The notes under the pieces are model-generated. The model made no database searches. It worked only from the letters and a program-made list of their open reading frames with translations, and was not told where the DNA came from. A DNA stretch of 64,000 nt, taken from contig NW_026250423.1 in assembly GCF_024521635.1 (NCBI RefSeq), forward strand, positions 496,001 through 560,000, read 5' to 3'. Below, one piece after another: positions 38,761 to 50,449 of the stretch. The stretch comes from Tricharina praecox. Its lineage: Eukaryota. The translations under genes were made by a program, and so were the position numbers. Each line of letters begins with the position of its first letter. Position 1 is the first letter of the stretch.

Positions 38761-39769
38761 ACCGAAGCAGCAGCCGCATTTGCGGGTGTTGGTTTTCGCG
38801 CAGCGCTAGCCGGCTAAACTCATGGCTTCAAAGTTTCGATCTTGTACTTTGCCGGATCTTCCCCACCCCCTCCATCCCTCCCCACACGCAGACGCAGACG
38901 GTTTTAAAACGTTTCGACCACGCGAGGGCAGCTGCCAGACAATCAGACAGCCAGACAACAACCGGCGCACCAAAAAAAATACAGAAAGAAATATATGCCG
39001 ACCTACCTACTTTGGCAGCGGAGTTTTGCGGGGTGGGAAACTTTTTGCATTGGTGGATTGCGATCACCAACAGCCTTTCTCGGACCTGTGACCGTCACTT
39101 ACGCCGAAGTCCGCTCGGCATCTGCATCTGCACGGGATGAGTTTTGATGAGATCCCCTCGTCTTCTGGTGTAGGTACCGTACATAAACTAGCTGCACGGG
39201 CTTTCAAGCTTCGAACGGGTACCGTAGTGGCTAACTATTGTCCGCAGTTATAAGTAGAAGGACATTCGCCCATGTACATCGTACATATCGTCTTTTGTTT
39301 GCCGTTCCATCTTAGCCTCGCCTCTCGGCCTAATACTATGGCGGTTAACTCCCCCGGAAACACGTTAATCCGAGGCAATCCTTTCTGATCGGCAGGTCTC
39401 CAGTCGCCGGGATGACCCCCGGGTGATGGACGTTTCATGATCGATGAGAAGAAAAGTGCGCCGTTTTGCCGGAAGGTGTGTGTGTGCCCTTTTCGAGTTT
39501 ATGCGGATGAATGGGTTGGTGAACGTGCGTGTGTAACTACCACTGCTATATATTAGTGTACTATTTCACACGTGAGGGGACTCGGCTTCCCGGCGCCATT
39601 GAGTGCTGTCTAGTGTCTGATGGTATCCAAGTACCTAACTGCTTACTGACCTACCCATAGTGGTGTGTGTAGGTGGCCGCTGATCCTCTTCTCCCCACCG
39701 TCCCACGTCCAGACGCCGGTCAGTGGACAGCGAACAAGACACATCCCCCTCATATTAGCCTAAATACCC

Positions 39770-40204
39770 CGCCATAGTGCGGGGCTGGGGTACTGCAGCC
39801 TTCTCGGCTCGCAGTTCGGCTGCGTTCGTCACCGGAAAATCTCCAGCACTTGGGCATACGCTTAAAGTGCGGTGCGGGTTGCGGGTGTGTGTGCACTGTG
39901 CGTGCGCCACCTCGGATGTCAACCGTTGTTGATCAAGCTTTAGCATTCAGGCTAAATGGCGAGGCGGCGTTTGGTTCAGGGCGGTTAATGATCCCATACG
40001 CATGGGATGGGACGGCGGTGGGGCCAGCTCCCAAGTTCCGTCTTTCCCCACGGGGGAGCAAGATTCCGCACCCTCGTCGTATGGGGTATGTACGTACTAC
40101 ACACGAGTACCTAGATAACGCGACATAGGTAGGTAGGTACCTACCTTGGTACTCTAGTAGAGTGGTAAAACTGGGGTTCGCCAACGCCTTGTCTGGAGTA
40201 TAAA
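39770..40204 (+). promoter_or_regulatory. Sugar-transporter promoter with TATA box and CreA/Mig1-type SYGGRG sites
   Basis: TATAAA at 40199-40204 directly preceded by CTGGAG (40193-40198); CTGGGG at ~40171; GCGGGG and CTGGGG at ~39779-39790; CTCCAG at 39841. Confidence 0.45.
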
Positions 40205-40359
40205 GTGCGACGAAGACCCCCCTTACAATGGGATCTCCTCCTTTCTCCGAAACTTCGTTACGCCATCTCGGGTTCCAAGAGGTGCATACTACCAATACTC
40301 GCTCGACCGATAAGTCCGGATTCTGACTGCATCCGACGCATCTGCGTATATCAGCCATC

Positions 40360-42200
40360 ATGTACACCATCTACAATATATACGGTACGTAGCAAGAACT
40401 CAAAGCCCGCGTTCCATATTCCATACGAATTGGCTTGCTGACGGGAATGGTGACATAGTCTTGGCCGCCTTCGGTACCATCGGAGGTGGCCTCTTCGGTT
40501 TCGATATCAGTTCCATGAGCGCATGGATTGGTACGGAGACCTACATGGACTACTTCAACCATCCCAATGAGAACCTGCAGGGAGGAGTGAGTTCTCCACC
40601 CAACTTTTTTAATGCCCGGAACGAGTCACTGATTGGCGTTACAGATCACTGCCTCCATGTCTGCCGGTTCCTGGATTGGTGCATTGGCTGCTGGTTTCCT
40701 CTCCGATCACTTTGGGCGTAAAAAGACATTGATGGTATGCGCTTCTTCACTCGCCTCTAGTTGAGGCGATCGCAAACTCGGTGCTGACTTCTTCCCTAGC
40801 TCGCCTCCTTGATCTGGATCATTGGTAGTGTGATATCCTGCAGTGCACAGAACGTTGGACATCTTATCGCCGGTCGTGTCGTCAACGGTTTCTGTGTCGG
40901 TATAACCTCCTCGCAAACACCCGTCTACCTCGCCGAATTGGCACCAAAGAACATCCGTGGTCGTGTTGTCGGGATCCAGCAATGGGCCATCGAGTGGGGT
41001 ATCCTGATCATGTACTTCATCTCCTACGGCTGTTCGTTCATCAAGGGTCCTTCCGGCTTCCGTCTTTCTTGGGGTCTGCAAGCTGTCCCGGGCCTTATCC
41101 TCTTTGTTTCCCTGTTCTTCTTCCCCGAATCTCCCCGATGGCTGGCATCCAAGGACCGCTGGGAGGAGACTCTGGACGTATTGGCGCACCTTCACGCCGG
41201 GGGAAACCACAACGATCCTGCCGTGGTCGCGTAAGCATCCCCACCCCCCTGCACTTTGGTGCACCCACGCTGACAAGCTCCTAGTGAGTACGAGGAAGTC
41301 CGGGAAGCGCAAGCGATCGCCGCCCAAGCCGCCAACGCGACGTGGATGGGCCTCTTCGGCAAGACGATGTGGAAGCGCACGACGGTCGGCGTGTTCGCGC
41401 AGGTGTGGCAGCAGATGCTCGGAGGAAACGTCATGATGTACTACATCGTCTACGTCTTCCAGATGGCCGGTCTCACCGGAAACGTCAACTTGGTCTCCTC
41501 GTCGATTCAATACATCATCTTCCTGCTCACTACCGTGGTCACCCTCGCACTGATTGACCGCATCGGAAGACGCCCGTTGTTCATCTACGGTGGTATTCTG
41601 ATGGGCATTCTTAACTTCCTGGTCGCGGGATTGATGGGCGGTTACGGGGTGCGTTGCTTCTCTCTCCCTTCAAGAAAAATTCATACTAACTGAAAACAGC
41701 ACTCCATGCCTGAAGTTGACGGCAACAAGAACATCGTCTGGCAAGTCACCGGCGCCCCGGCCAAGGGCATCATCGCGTGCACGTACCTGTTCGTGGCGGT
41801 ATACGGCTTCACGTGGGCACCCTGCACCTGGATCTACGTATCCGAGATCTTCCCTCTGCAGTACCGAGCCAAGGGAGTCGGACTCGCCACCTCTGCCAAC
41901 TGGCTGTTCAACTTCGCGCTCGCATACTTCGTGCCGCCCGCGTTCAAGAACATCATCTGGCGCACGTACATCATCTTCGGCGTGTTCTGTTTCTGCGGCG
42001 TGATCCACGCGTTCTTCATGTTCCCCGAGACGTGCGGAAAGGCGCTCGAGGAGATCGACCTGCTGTTCGATGAGGGCATTCCCGCTTGGAAGTCGTCGAA
42101 TCTCACGAGTAAGCTCGATGAACGCATCCATGAAATTGAGGCGAAGAATTTGCATGGTGCTGAGGCCACCGAGATCGAGAGGGCGAATGAGAAGATCTGA
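40360..42200 (+). CDS. MFS sugar porter, HGT1-like high-affinity hexose transporter, ~512 aa
   Basis: Exons 40360-40384, 40459-40586, 40645-40734, 40800-41230, 41285-41648, 41700-42200 join in frame (1539 nt). Motifs GGGLFGFDISSMS, DHFGRK, PVYLAELAP..IRG, QQWAIEWG, PESPRWL, QQMLGGNVMMYY, DRIGRR, WIYVSEIFP, FPETCGKALEEI. Confidence 0.96.
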
Positions 42201-42574
42201 AAGGGCGAGGCGGAGGTTTTTTTTATATTGTAGTTATGTAGCCACATACCCGTAATGATGAGATGAGTTTTCTTTGCTGTACTGGGGTACCACGTATTCT
42301 CATATTCGACCTCAAGAACAGAGTTGAGTAACTATGGCCCCTGTGATTATAAGGAAGTACAGTTCCAGCACCAAGTATATCCACCACCCCTCAACCATCG
42401 CGCGAATCAAGGTGGGCCGTGGGCGACGGATACACGCAGACACCTCCCAAAAGAACGGGGGACTTTGCCGTAGGCTTGTTGATGGCCGCGTCTCCAGCAG
42501 CTCGTTCACAGCACCAGACTCCAGTCTCCACCACCTTTGCTAATACGTAGTTGCCGCTCGAATGTAATAATGTA

Positions 42575-44057
42575 AACTCACTCGGTTTGCTCATCACGTG
42601 GGCGGGAATGGCAGCGACCCATGGGTCGGCCAGCTTCCAGCTCCGCAGGCGCCGATGGAACGATGAACGGTCACGGGGAAGAGAAGCGGAAGGGAGGAAA
42701 TATGAAAGATGTACGAAGAAAATAAGGAAATAAGGAAATACACGGATTAGAAAGAAAAATGGGAAGGAAAAGCCGAAACCATCCAAAGAGCGAATTAGAG
42801 AAACATTTCCAACAAAAAAAAAGCTCAAATGGTTACCAGTACTGGATAGCACGAGCCAACCCGCCCCCCGCCCCCCGCCCCCGAGCACTTGGAAGTGCTG
42901 AAATCGATGCTCTCTCGCCCGGCCCAGCGTCGATGAGATGTCACATACCAGGCTGGATGAGAGGAGTAACTTGGTAAGGAACTATGCGCTCACAACTTTG
43001 CAGTCCAGCTCTCGCTCTCCGTTGAATGGCCCTGCAGAGTATCTCGTGCTCTACATGGGTGATGAAGGGGGTAAAGTCGGGCCCTATTGCAAGAGCGCGA
43101 AAGATATTCTCGCCTCCAATCTGGCACAACTTTGAATGGTTGATGCGTTCGAGAAGCTCCTGGTAGGTGATCGTGCCGAGTTTGCCTTTGAGTAAATCCG
43201 TGTGGTGGACCATATTGTTTCGATGGCAGAGGTAATGTGGCGCTCGGAAGATGATTTCGAAATCGAGTGTGGTAATATGGCTGCGCTGGATTGATGGTAG
43301 CTACTGATGATGATGATTTCAGATGCTGTTGTTTATCGTCTGGAACTAGTTATGGGGGACAGAGCGCAAAGGATTTATACTTGGTGGGAGAGCCACTGCG
43401 ACCATTTAAAGTTTCGTGATTCTAGCTGGAGACGCATTCAAATGGTTTGGCCGCTCGGGAAATTGGATGGGAAATATGTGATATCATAGTAGACGAGCTC
43501 TGAGATGGTGGGGCTCTTTCAAGTCCAGTGTAGAAAATCGCAGTTGATTGGAACACAGTAAGAAGAATGGAGTACCTAGCCGAATGAGATCGTGAGCTCC
43601 CGTCGGAGGAAAAGTGGCCGCCAAACCTTAACTCGTGCCGAGATCTCTGGGCGACTAGAGTTTGACAGATGCTCCACTAGAGTACACTAGGGACATCGTC
43701 ATCTCCGGACGTCCCATATTGTGACACTTTGGACGCCCGGAGATGTTGGCATGAACATGTTTCCGCGGCGGGCGGTCGAGACCGAGTGTCGGCGGGGCGA
43801 GGAACCTTTGGCGGCACCTCAGTCTGTATGTAAAGAGAGACCTCGCCGCGGATGACATTGTTGCTGTATCGAATGGATTATCTCTTCCCGTCTACCCGAA
43901 TATTCCAACACGGAACTTGAGAGGGAATCACGACCCAGAGGTGAAGAAGCAAACTCCAAGCGTACCGAAGGATCGGGGAAGGCAGAGGTAAATGCATCCG
44001 GTTGCCTTTTGCTGATTCTGCACAACGGTAGGCAACCGTTTCGAACAGCCGAGTATA
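42575..44057 (+). repeat. ~1.5 kb segmental duplication, copy B
   Basis: Colinear with 25444-26994; carries an extra ~100 bp at ~43620-43725. Confidence 0.95.
42941..43213 (-). CDS. Small 90-aa hypothetical protein, paralog B (MVHHTDLLKGKLGTITYQELL...QPGM)
   Basis: 66/90 residues identical to paralog A by manual codon alignment; Kozak AATATGG; upstream TATAAA. Confidence 0.62.
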   Translation of the reverse strand: MVHHTDLLKGKLGTITYQELLERINHSKLCQIGGENIFRALAIGPDFTPFITHVEHEILCRAIQRRARAGLQSCERIVPYQVTPLIQPGM

Positions 44058-44199
44058 CCGAGCAGCCACTTGAAGTATTACTATTATCTGAACTATTAGC
44101 CAAGATAACTGTGAATGATCTAACGGGCAGTGACTTTAAACCTGATTCATTCCGCCGAGATCTCGTAGTCCTCCGGTCCGATTGACCGCAGAGAAAGCC

Positions 44200-44395
44200 C
44201 ATTTTTCAGACGGCTCTTTTGCCAATACCCCTTCATGCCGGCGAGGGGGTGAAGAGGAGAGCACATAGAAGAAGGAGGAGGTAGAGGTTGGTCGTCTATT
44301 CTGTAAACGATGATCAAGAAAGAAGAAAATGAAGAACAAGACCCGCCATGCTCGCTAACGTCGATTTCCACTACTAACCACATTCAGTTTCTCCC
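44200..44395 (-). repeat. Dispersed repeat, inverted copy of ~11490-11700
   Basis: Reverse complement matches 11490-11700 in several blocks. Confidence 0.75.
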
Positions 44396-44709
44396 GCTGA
44401 CAGGAGTCCTAGGCACTCACTTACCTACTGAGGGAGCGCGGGGGTCGAGGCGGCTCTGTGTTGGAGGGTGGCCTACATAGATGGCTACACAATCATACGA
44501 CCGCACTCGTCCCAACTTAAATCTACGCCTCTCCCGATAATCTACAATAATCCGCTTTGCCGTGTCACATTATGATCGGAAACGGTGGTATACAGAATGA
44601 TGAAGAGAAAACAGAACCGAAACAGCGTGAAAACGGAAACAAACTCCATTCATTCCCTGAGTAAAACATACTCCATTTATTCCCTGGGTAAAAGAAACCC
44701 CCCCACCCA

Positions 44710-47629
44710 TCAGACCGCAATGGAAGCCTTGTCGTGACCCTCTTCGGTCGGAACAGACAATTCCTCCTCGGCCGGAGAAGCCACGATCTCTAAATCGTTG
44801 TATTAGCGGCGAATAGCTCACAGTTGGTACTCGAAAGGATCTGATGACATACTCTCGATCGTATCCACAGCGACTTCGTCACCGTCGAACGAATTCTCCT
44901 CAACCTCCTCCGACTCAGTCTCTGCACACACAACCCACGTTAGCAGCTTGCAAATCAAACCTCGTAGGTACTCGAAAGAACCTGATGACCTACTCTCGAC
45001 CGTATCCACAGACCGCCCCGAGGAAAGCGAGACTGGCGTCGAGTTGCCCGAGTGGAGGAAATTCTATCCACTCGGGCAACTGAGGCCGGCTGCTGGGTGG
45101 GTGAAGCAGCCGTCAAAGTTGACTTTTCGTAAGTTAGTTTTATGTTGTAGGAAATGATGGAAGGATGGATGAGAGGGAGGAAGAGAGGGGAAGGAGGGGA
45201 GCTATAAATACTTGAAATATGTGGTGTGGAATCGACGGCGCCAAGATATTTCTGGTAGCCCGGAAGGTTGCGCAAACCCAAACTAGCATCAAACTTGTTG
45301 TCCGTCTCTGCGACGACGGAGCAACCTAGCTCGCTACTGGAGTCGAGCCTCGCAACACTTGCTGAGTACTCCTCCTTCTTGGTTGGATCAAACCTGTTGT
45401 CCTTCTCGGTGACGCCGGAGCAACTTAGCTCGCTGCTAGACTCGAGCTCCGCAACACTTGCCGAGTACCACCCCTCCTTGATGGGAATGTTCGGCATGAC
45501 AGGAGCCATTTCCTTCTCCTCTCCTTCTCTTGAGCCATCCAAACCAACAGCAAACACGGAATCCTTCTCATCCGCGGGAGATCGAGCAACATCACTCTCC
45601 ACGCGAGTATCCTGCTTGCCTGGAACATCTGAACTCGAAGAAGAGGCAAGGGCACCATCACACTTGAGCGAATTCATCTTGTACCAACCCTTCTTCGTCA
45701 GACTCGAGCAAATGGGAAGTGGGATCGCACCACAACGAAATCTGAATAACCCGAAAGTTTTCGTCTCTTTACTTGAGACGGAGAAACCCTTGACCGATCT
45801 AGACACAGAAGCCACCTCTTCCTCTGCTCCCTTGTTGACATCTTGCTGACCCTCTGTAACAGAAGTCCTGTGCAGTCTAACCATGGAAGGGGTGCGAGGA
45901 GGAAACACGGCCACCGAAGAGAACCCGACATTCTTCTCGAACTCGGTTCCATCGAAAGAATGAGATGAGGCAGCCGAAGCAGAGACTTCCATGTCACGAG
46001 AGGCAGAAGCTTTGAGGGTGGCTTGATCGTCGTGAAAGGAGACATGTGTATCATGGATGATAGCCTTGCCCTCTTCGAAGCAAGCGCTACTGGCCTGAGA
46101 GACTACAGTGGAAGCCTTGTTGTCATCTTCATCAGTCAGAATAGACAATTCATTCACAGCTCATAGTTGGTACTCGAAAGGATCCGAGAACTTACCGCCA
46201 ACAGCAGAAGTCTTGAAGGCCGCTTCTCCATCTTGAGATGAATTCTTGTCATCCTTCTCGGTCGGAACCACCTTCTCATCGGACGAATTCTCCTCATCAT
46301 TCTCAGTCTCAGTCTCTGCACACATCGCCCACGTTAGCAGCTTGCAAGTCACACCTCGTATTCGAAAGGACCTGATGACATACTCTCAACCGTATCCATA
46401 GCGACTTCGTCACTGCCGGTGGCATAGTTATCCTGTCTCGTGAGCGGCCTATGCACCAGCTGCGTCTTCCTGGTGCGATTTTCCGCCATTGCATCAACTT
46501 TCTTTTTCATTTTAGAACCGTAAAATTGTCTCACTTTTGATGGTCGCAAAAACATTCCTGTTCTGATCGAATAACCGGAGTGGAGGGGAGTCAAGTGTGG
46601 CGCAGCACTGAGATGTGGCGGTGCAGCGGGTTTTGTGGGGTACGCTTGTGGGGGCTGGTTAACGTGGGGCACGAATACGAGTGCACGTGACGTGGTGTTT
46701 ACCGTAGGGCGGGGCTTTGTGGTTGGGGTGCCGGACCGAGTGATAGCTAGGTTGGTGGGATTCTTGCGCTTTTTGCGCTGCGTGAGAGTAAGCGCTCGCG
46801 CGCAGCGGGCGAGGCTAAACCCCTGACCTGCGGAACTCTGCGGAATAGCATAGCAGGTTAGAACTGGTCGGCAATTTTCCTTACTATGTATAAATTCGGT
46901 ATTGGAGGACTCGATATCGCTGGCCGAAGATTGCATACCATTCTCTTCGATCTCGAGATCAGCATACTCGTTTTCATACTCCCGTCCACAAGCTGCACAA
47001 ACTTCATCTCTGCCGTGCTCGTCCCCTTCGTACCCTCGACGTGCCTTATCCGTAGTCAGATCTGCCTCCTCCCAATCCGGATCATCCTCTTCACTGGCTG
47101 CATCCTCTTTCTCTTCCTCCTCGGTGATCACCTCGTACGCATCAACATCCTCCACAAGCCGCCGTACACCCCTCAAATGTATCCTGCTATCCTTCCCAAA
47201 CTCCGTCAAAACCGACTGACTCTCGTCCCAGTCCTCCCAATTCTCCCCACCCTCATCATCCTCTCCGCCAACTTCCCCTGCCACCACCAGTCTCGCTCCC
47301 TCAAGGCGCCTCACCAACTCCTCCAACCTCCTCAAACTATCATAGACCATCTTTAGCGTCACCTCGACCTCTCCACCTCCATCCGTAGCCGCCTCACCGT
47401 TCCCTTTCTGTGCCCGATCTGGAGTTTTAACCTTCCTCTCCTCTGCTTCCACGGACGCGGGACGTTTCCGCTTCCTGGTGGCGGTGATCTGAGGAGCCTG
47501 AGCGAGGTCTCGGCAGCCACGTGGCCGACAGTGGCGCGGACTGTGGTTTACTCGACTTAGGCGGGGGCACGCAGTGCAGGTCCAGAGGACAGGCTTTCGG
47601 GCGGTAGGGGTGGGTGTTGGTTGGGACAT
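44710..47629 (-). CDS. Lineage-specific acidic, low-complexity multi-exon gene (or decaying gene) with duplicated exon-intron modules
   Basis: Long ORFs 47629-46349 and 46157-44955; related introns at 46383-46316, 44993-44922, 44852-44790 and a donor at 46195; predicted stop at 44712-44710; N-terminal CTAC...H...HC motif. Full exon structure not resolved. Confidence 0.45.
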
Positions 47630-49045
47630 TGCGGCTTGCTATGGAGGTTTGCGCAGTTGCGAGCACGACGGATCCGACCCGCTGGGTATATGCGCTTGGT
47701 GGACAAAGCAGAAGTATCCATTCAGATGACGGGTATCGTGAAACGGTGACGGCCTGCGGTTAGTAACGAGACCATCAGAGGACAAAGAAATGTCACGCCC
47801 GTCACTGTGAAACGATGATACGAGATGTAAAATAGTGAATCTTGACATTGCGGTAAGCTTTGAAATCGGTCGGAAGCATGATGTATCTGCTTCCACTTAT
47901 GCAAGCTCGACGTCCATCTACTTAATTACATACCACCAGTCCTGTTTGCGCATGATCAGCTCTCTTCCTCACTACCCAGCTCAAACGCTTCTCCATGCGT
48001 AGGTGACTTCTGGGATTAGAAGGAGTACTCACTGTCCGTAAATCAAACATTCAAGTAAGGTGACTTTGCTCAGGAACATTTGCATCATGAACATGTTGAA
48101 TCTGCAAGGTATCATCAAAGGTCACTCACGCGTGAGTAGAAAGACTACCGGAAGTTTTACTCCACCGTTCAGCTCTGTCGCCGTTCGAGTATGCAGTGGT
48201 ATATCGCTGTTATTTCTCCAGATGTGGGCACCCTCGGGGCAAGTGCGAATGATATCTCGTGAGTCGCAGACCATCCACGCTGGCGTGCGGGAACCACAAT
48301 ATATGTCCGGTCACGCCCTCTTACATGTCACCGGAAACTGCCAATCTCATTCCCGAGTCGCACCACCCCCCGGTGACTACCCGTCTCCACTCTTTCCTAC
48401 TCTGGAGGCTGCACCCGTCAGCTATCGATCGGCATTCGTATCAGATCCGTCTCCCTTCGTGTCTTCGCCGCCTTCCCTCGTCAGTTATCGATCGACCTGC
48501 ATTCATCATTGCACCCCTTCCATTTCCGTTTGCCACCCGTTTACATTCCTCGTTCTTCACCTTCCCGTCGGCTGCTCTTCTCCATGCACATTCCCTTCCC
48601 GCTTCCCGTTGGCTCTCCGTCTCCTGTTAGTAGCCGTTACAACCAGTACTATTAATACTGTATTTCCGGGTCTCGAGTCGGCCCCAACTTCCAACGGTTT
48701 AATCGATAGCTCTGCAAAGTGCAAATATCTCATCCTGCAGACTGCGGAAGGTTTGTCTCAGCGAGCTTTTCAACGTGGTCTCGAGTCAAACGCTCGAGCA
48801 CTCTCGTCTTTTTTGAATCACTAGCCGTGCCCTCCGTGTGATTTCGACGTAAACCCTTGTTCAAAGTGAAGTTACTGTGAGGAATTGGGTAAAGTGCAGA
48901 AGAATGCCCGGTAAGACATTTTCCGACCATAACTAGATATCATCATACGGATTCCCATTCACAATGCACAGCCCTTGGAAAGAAAAATCTCACGAGATTA
49001 CGTATGGCATAGCGTAGAGATCTAGTAATGCTCTAACCCATCACC

Positions 49046-49975
49046 TCACCGGCCCCCATGATACTCCATGAAATTCAGCACATGTCCATCACCGTCCCTA
49101 TTCGCCAGCGTCGCCAGCGGGTCCACCTGTGCGGCAGCCCCGCTGTCCGCCATCACCGCGCCCCTTCTCACCCTCCTCATGCCACCATCAAGCTCCGCCA
49201 ACCTCTCCGCTTCTTCCTCCGCTGGCAGTTCCTCAAGCACAGCATTATCCGGCAACTCTCCTACACCCCCCACAGCGGCCAGATCATTCCTTGCATCATC
49301 TCTCGCCTCCGTCTTCGATTCATCCCACTCCCTGTGCTCTCCGTGGCTGGCCCACGGCATGCGAGGTGAGAAACTCCACCTGATCGAGCGCCTAGGAGCG
49401 CTCCTGTCCTCCGGCGTAGGCTCCGCATTCTGTTGTTTGAGTCGTCGGCGGCGAAGAAAGAACCACCCGAGGGCGAGGAGGAGGAGGGTAAGAACGCCCA
49501 AACTTATACCGATGCCGAGGGGGAGGGCGAGAGAATTGTGCTTTTCGGAGGAGGAGGAGGAGGTGGTGGTGGTGGTGATGGTGGTGGAGGATGAGGATGA
49601 GGAGGGAGTGGTGATGAAGGTGACGGACGGCACTGTGGTTAAGGAACCGACATTGGTCTCTGGGACAACTGTACCGCCCGAAGGTATAGTCATAGTGGGA
49701 GCAACGGGCGTCGGTTTAGTCGCGTCCGGTCCAGTCGTCGTGGGATCACCCAATATTGGCTCCGTCGTTTTCGGTGTAGCAGTAGTGGACTTGGTACTTG
49801 TAACCGGTATCGAATTGGTACCAGTAGTTGTCACCAGCGTAGTTACCAACTCCGCAAAACATTCTTCGGAATTATTGCATGCATCGACGCTGCAGCAGCC
49901 TCTGAAGCCAATCGCCGCACAGGTATACCATAGTTTCCCCGAAGGACAGGAGCGGTTGTCAGGATTCTCGGGCAA
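49046..49975 (-). CDS. Single-pass membrane protein: Cys-rich N-terminal motif, Ser/Thr-rich stalk, TM helix, cytosolic tail (Mid2/Wsc-like topology)
   Basis: CPSGKLWYTCAAIGFRGCCSVDAC, long S/T/P stalk, LPLGIGISLGVLTLLLLALGWFFL followed by RRRR, tail with ELP/ELD motifs. No in-frame ATG upstream of the Cys motif. Confidence 0.8.
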   Translation of the reverse strand: MPENPDNRSCPSGKLWYTCAAIGFRGCCSVDACNNSEECFAELVTTLVTTTGTNSIPVTSTKSTTATPKTTEPILGDPTTTGPDATKPTPVAPTMTIPSGGTVVPETNVGSLTTVPSVTFITTPSSSSSSTTITTTTTSSSSSEKHNSLALPLGIGISLGVLTLLLLALGWFFLRRRRLKQQNAEPTPEDRSAPRRSIRWSFSPRMPWASHGEHREWDESKTEARDDARNDLAAVGGVGELPDNAVLEELPAEEEAERLAELDGGMRRVRRGAVMADSGAAAQVDPLATLANRDGDGHVLNFMEYHGGR

Positions 49976-50449
49976 TGGTGAGGATATAGCGGTGGTTGGG
50001 GTGGGGTGGGTGGGGTGGGGAGTGGTAGGTGACAAACGGTGGTGGAAGTTGATGTCGAGGAGTAGAACGGTGGAAGATGCGAACAACCGTTGGTGTCGGG
50101 CTGATCAACTCATTCTTTACCCCAACCGTCTCATTCTCAGCGCGAACAGCTTCATCAACACCACCCACCTACCTTCGCTACTTCTATCAAGAATCAAGGC
50201 GATAAAGAAGGTTGTGGGAAGTGGTATGTGGGAATCATAGTACACAGTCCCTTTAGACACGATAATAGATATCGTGGTAGGGATCACTAGGTGCTTAGTT
50301 AGACTATCACCGTTGTCTTTCGTACCTACCAGTAGTAGAGTACTCTCTTTAACTCGGATAAGAGTTCTTTCCCAGATACGATTAACTCATCATAGGCCTC
50401 AAACTTTAAAGAAACAAGTTGCAAGCCCAAAGAGAATAACGCTTCTCCG

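Noticed and set aside
40707..41510. 267-aa minus-strand ORF (and similar shadows over cactin, egt1, DUF92 and the G-patch gene)
   Set aside because: Antisense or alternate-frame shadows of well-supported genes.
44635..44700. 27-bp repeat translating as GVSFTQGINGVCFTQGMNGVCF, superficially like an amyloid signalling motif
   Set aside because: Lies just downstream of the predicted stop (44710) in a frame without an ATG start and is not adjacent to an NLR or effector gene.
49068..50240. 390-aa + strand ORF
   Set aside because: Antisense shadow of the minus-strand membrane protein.
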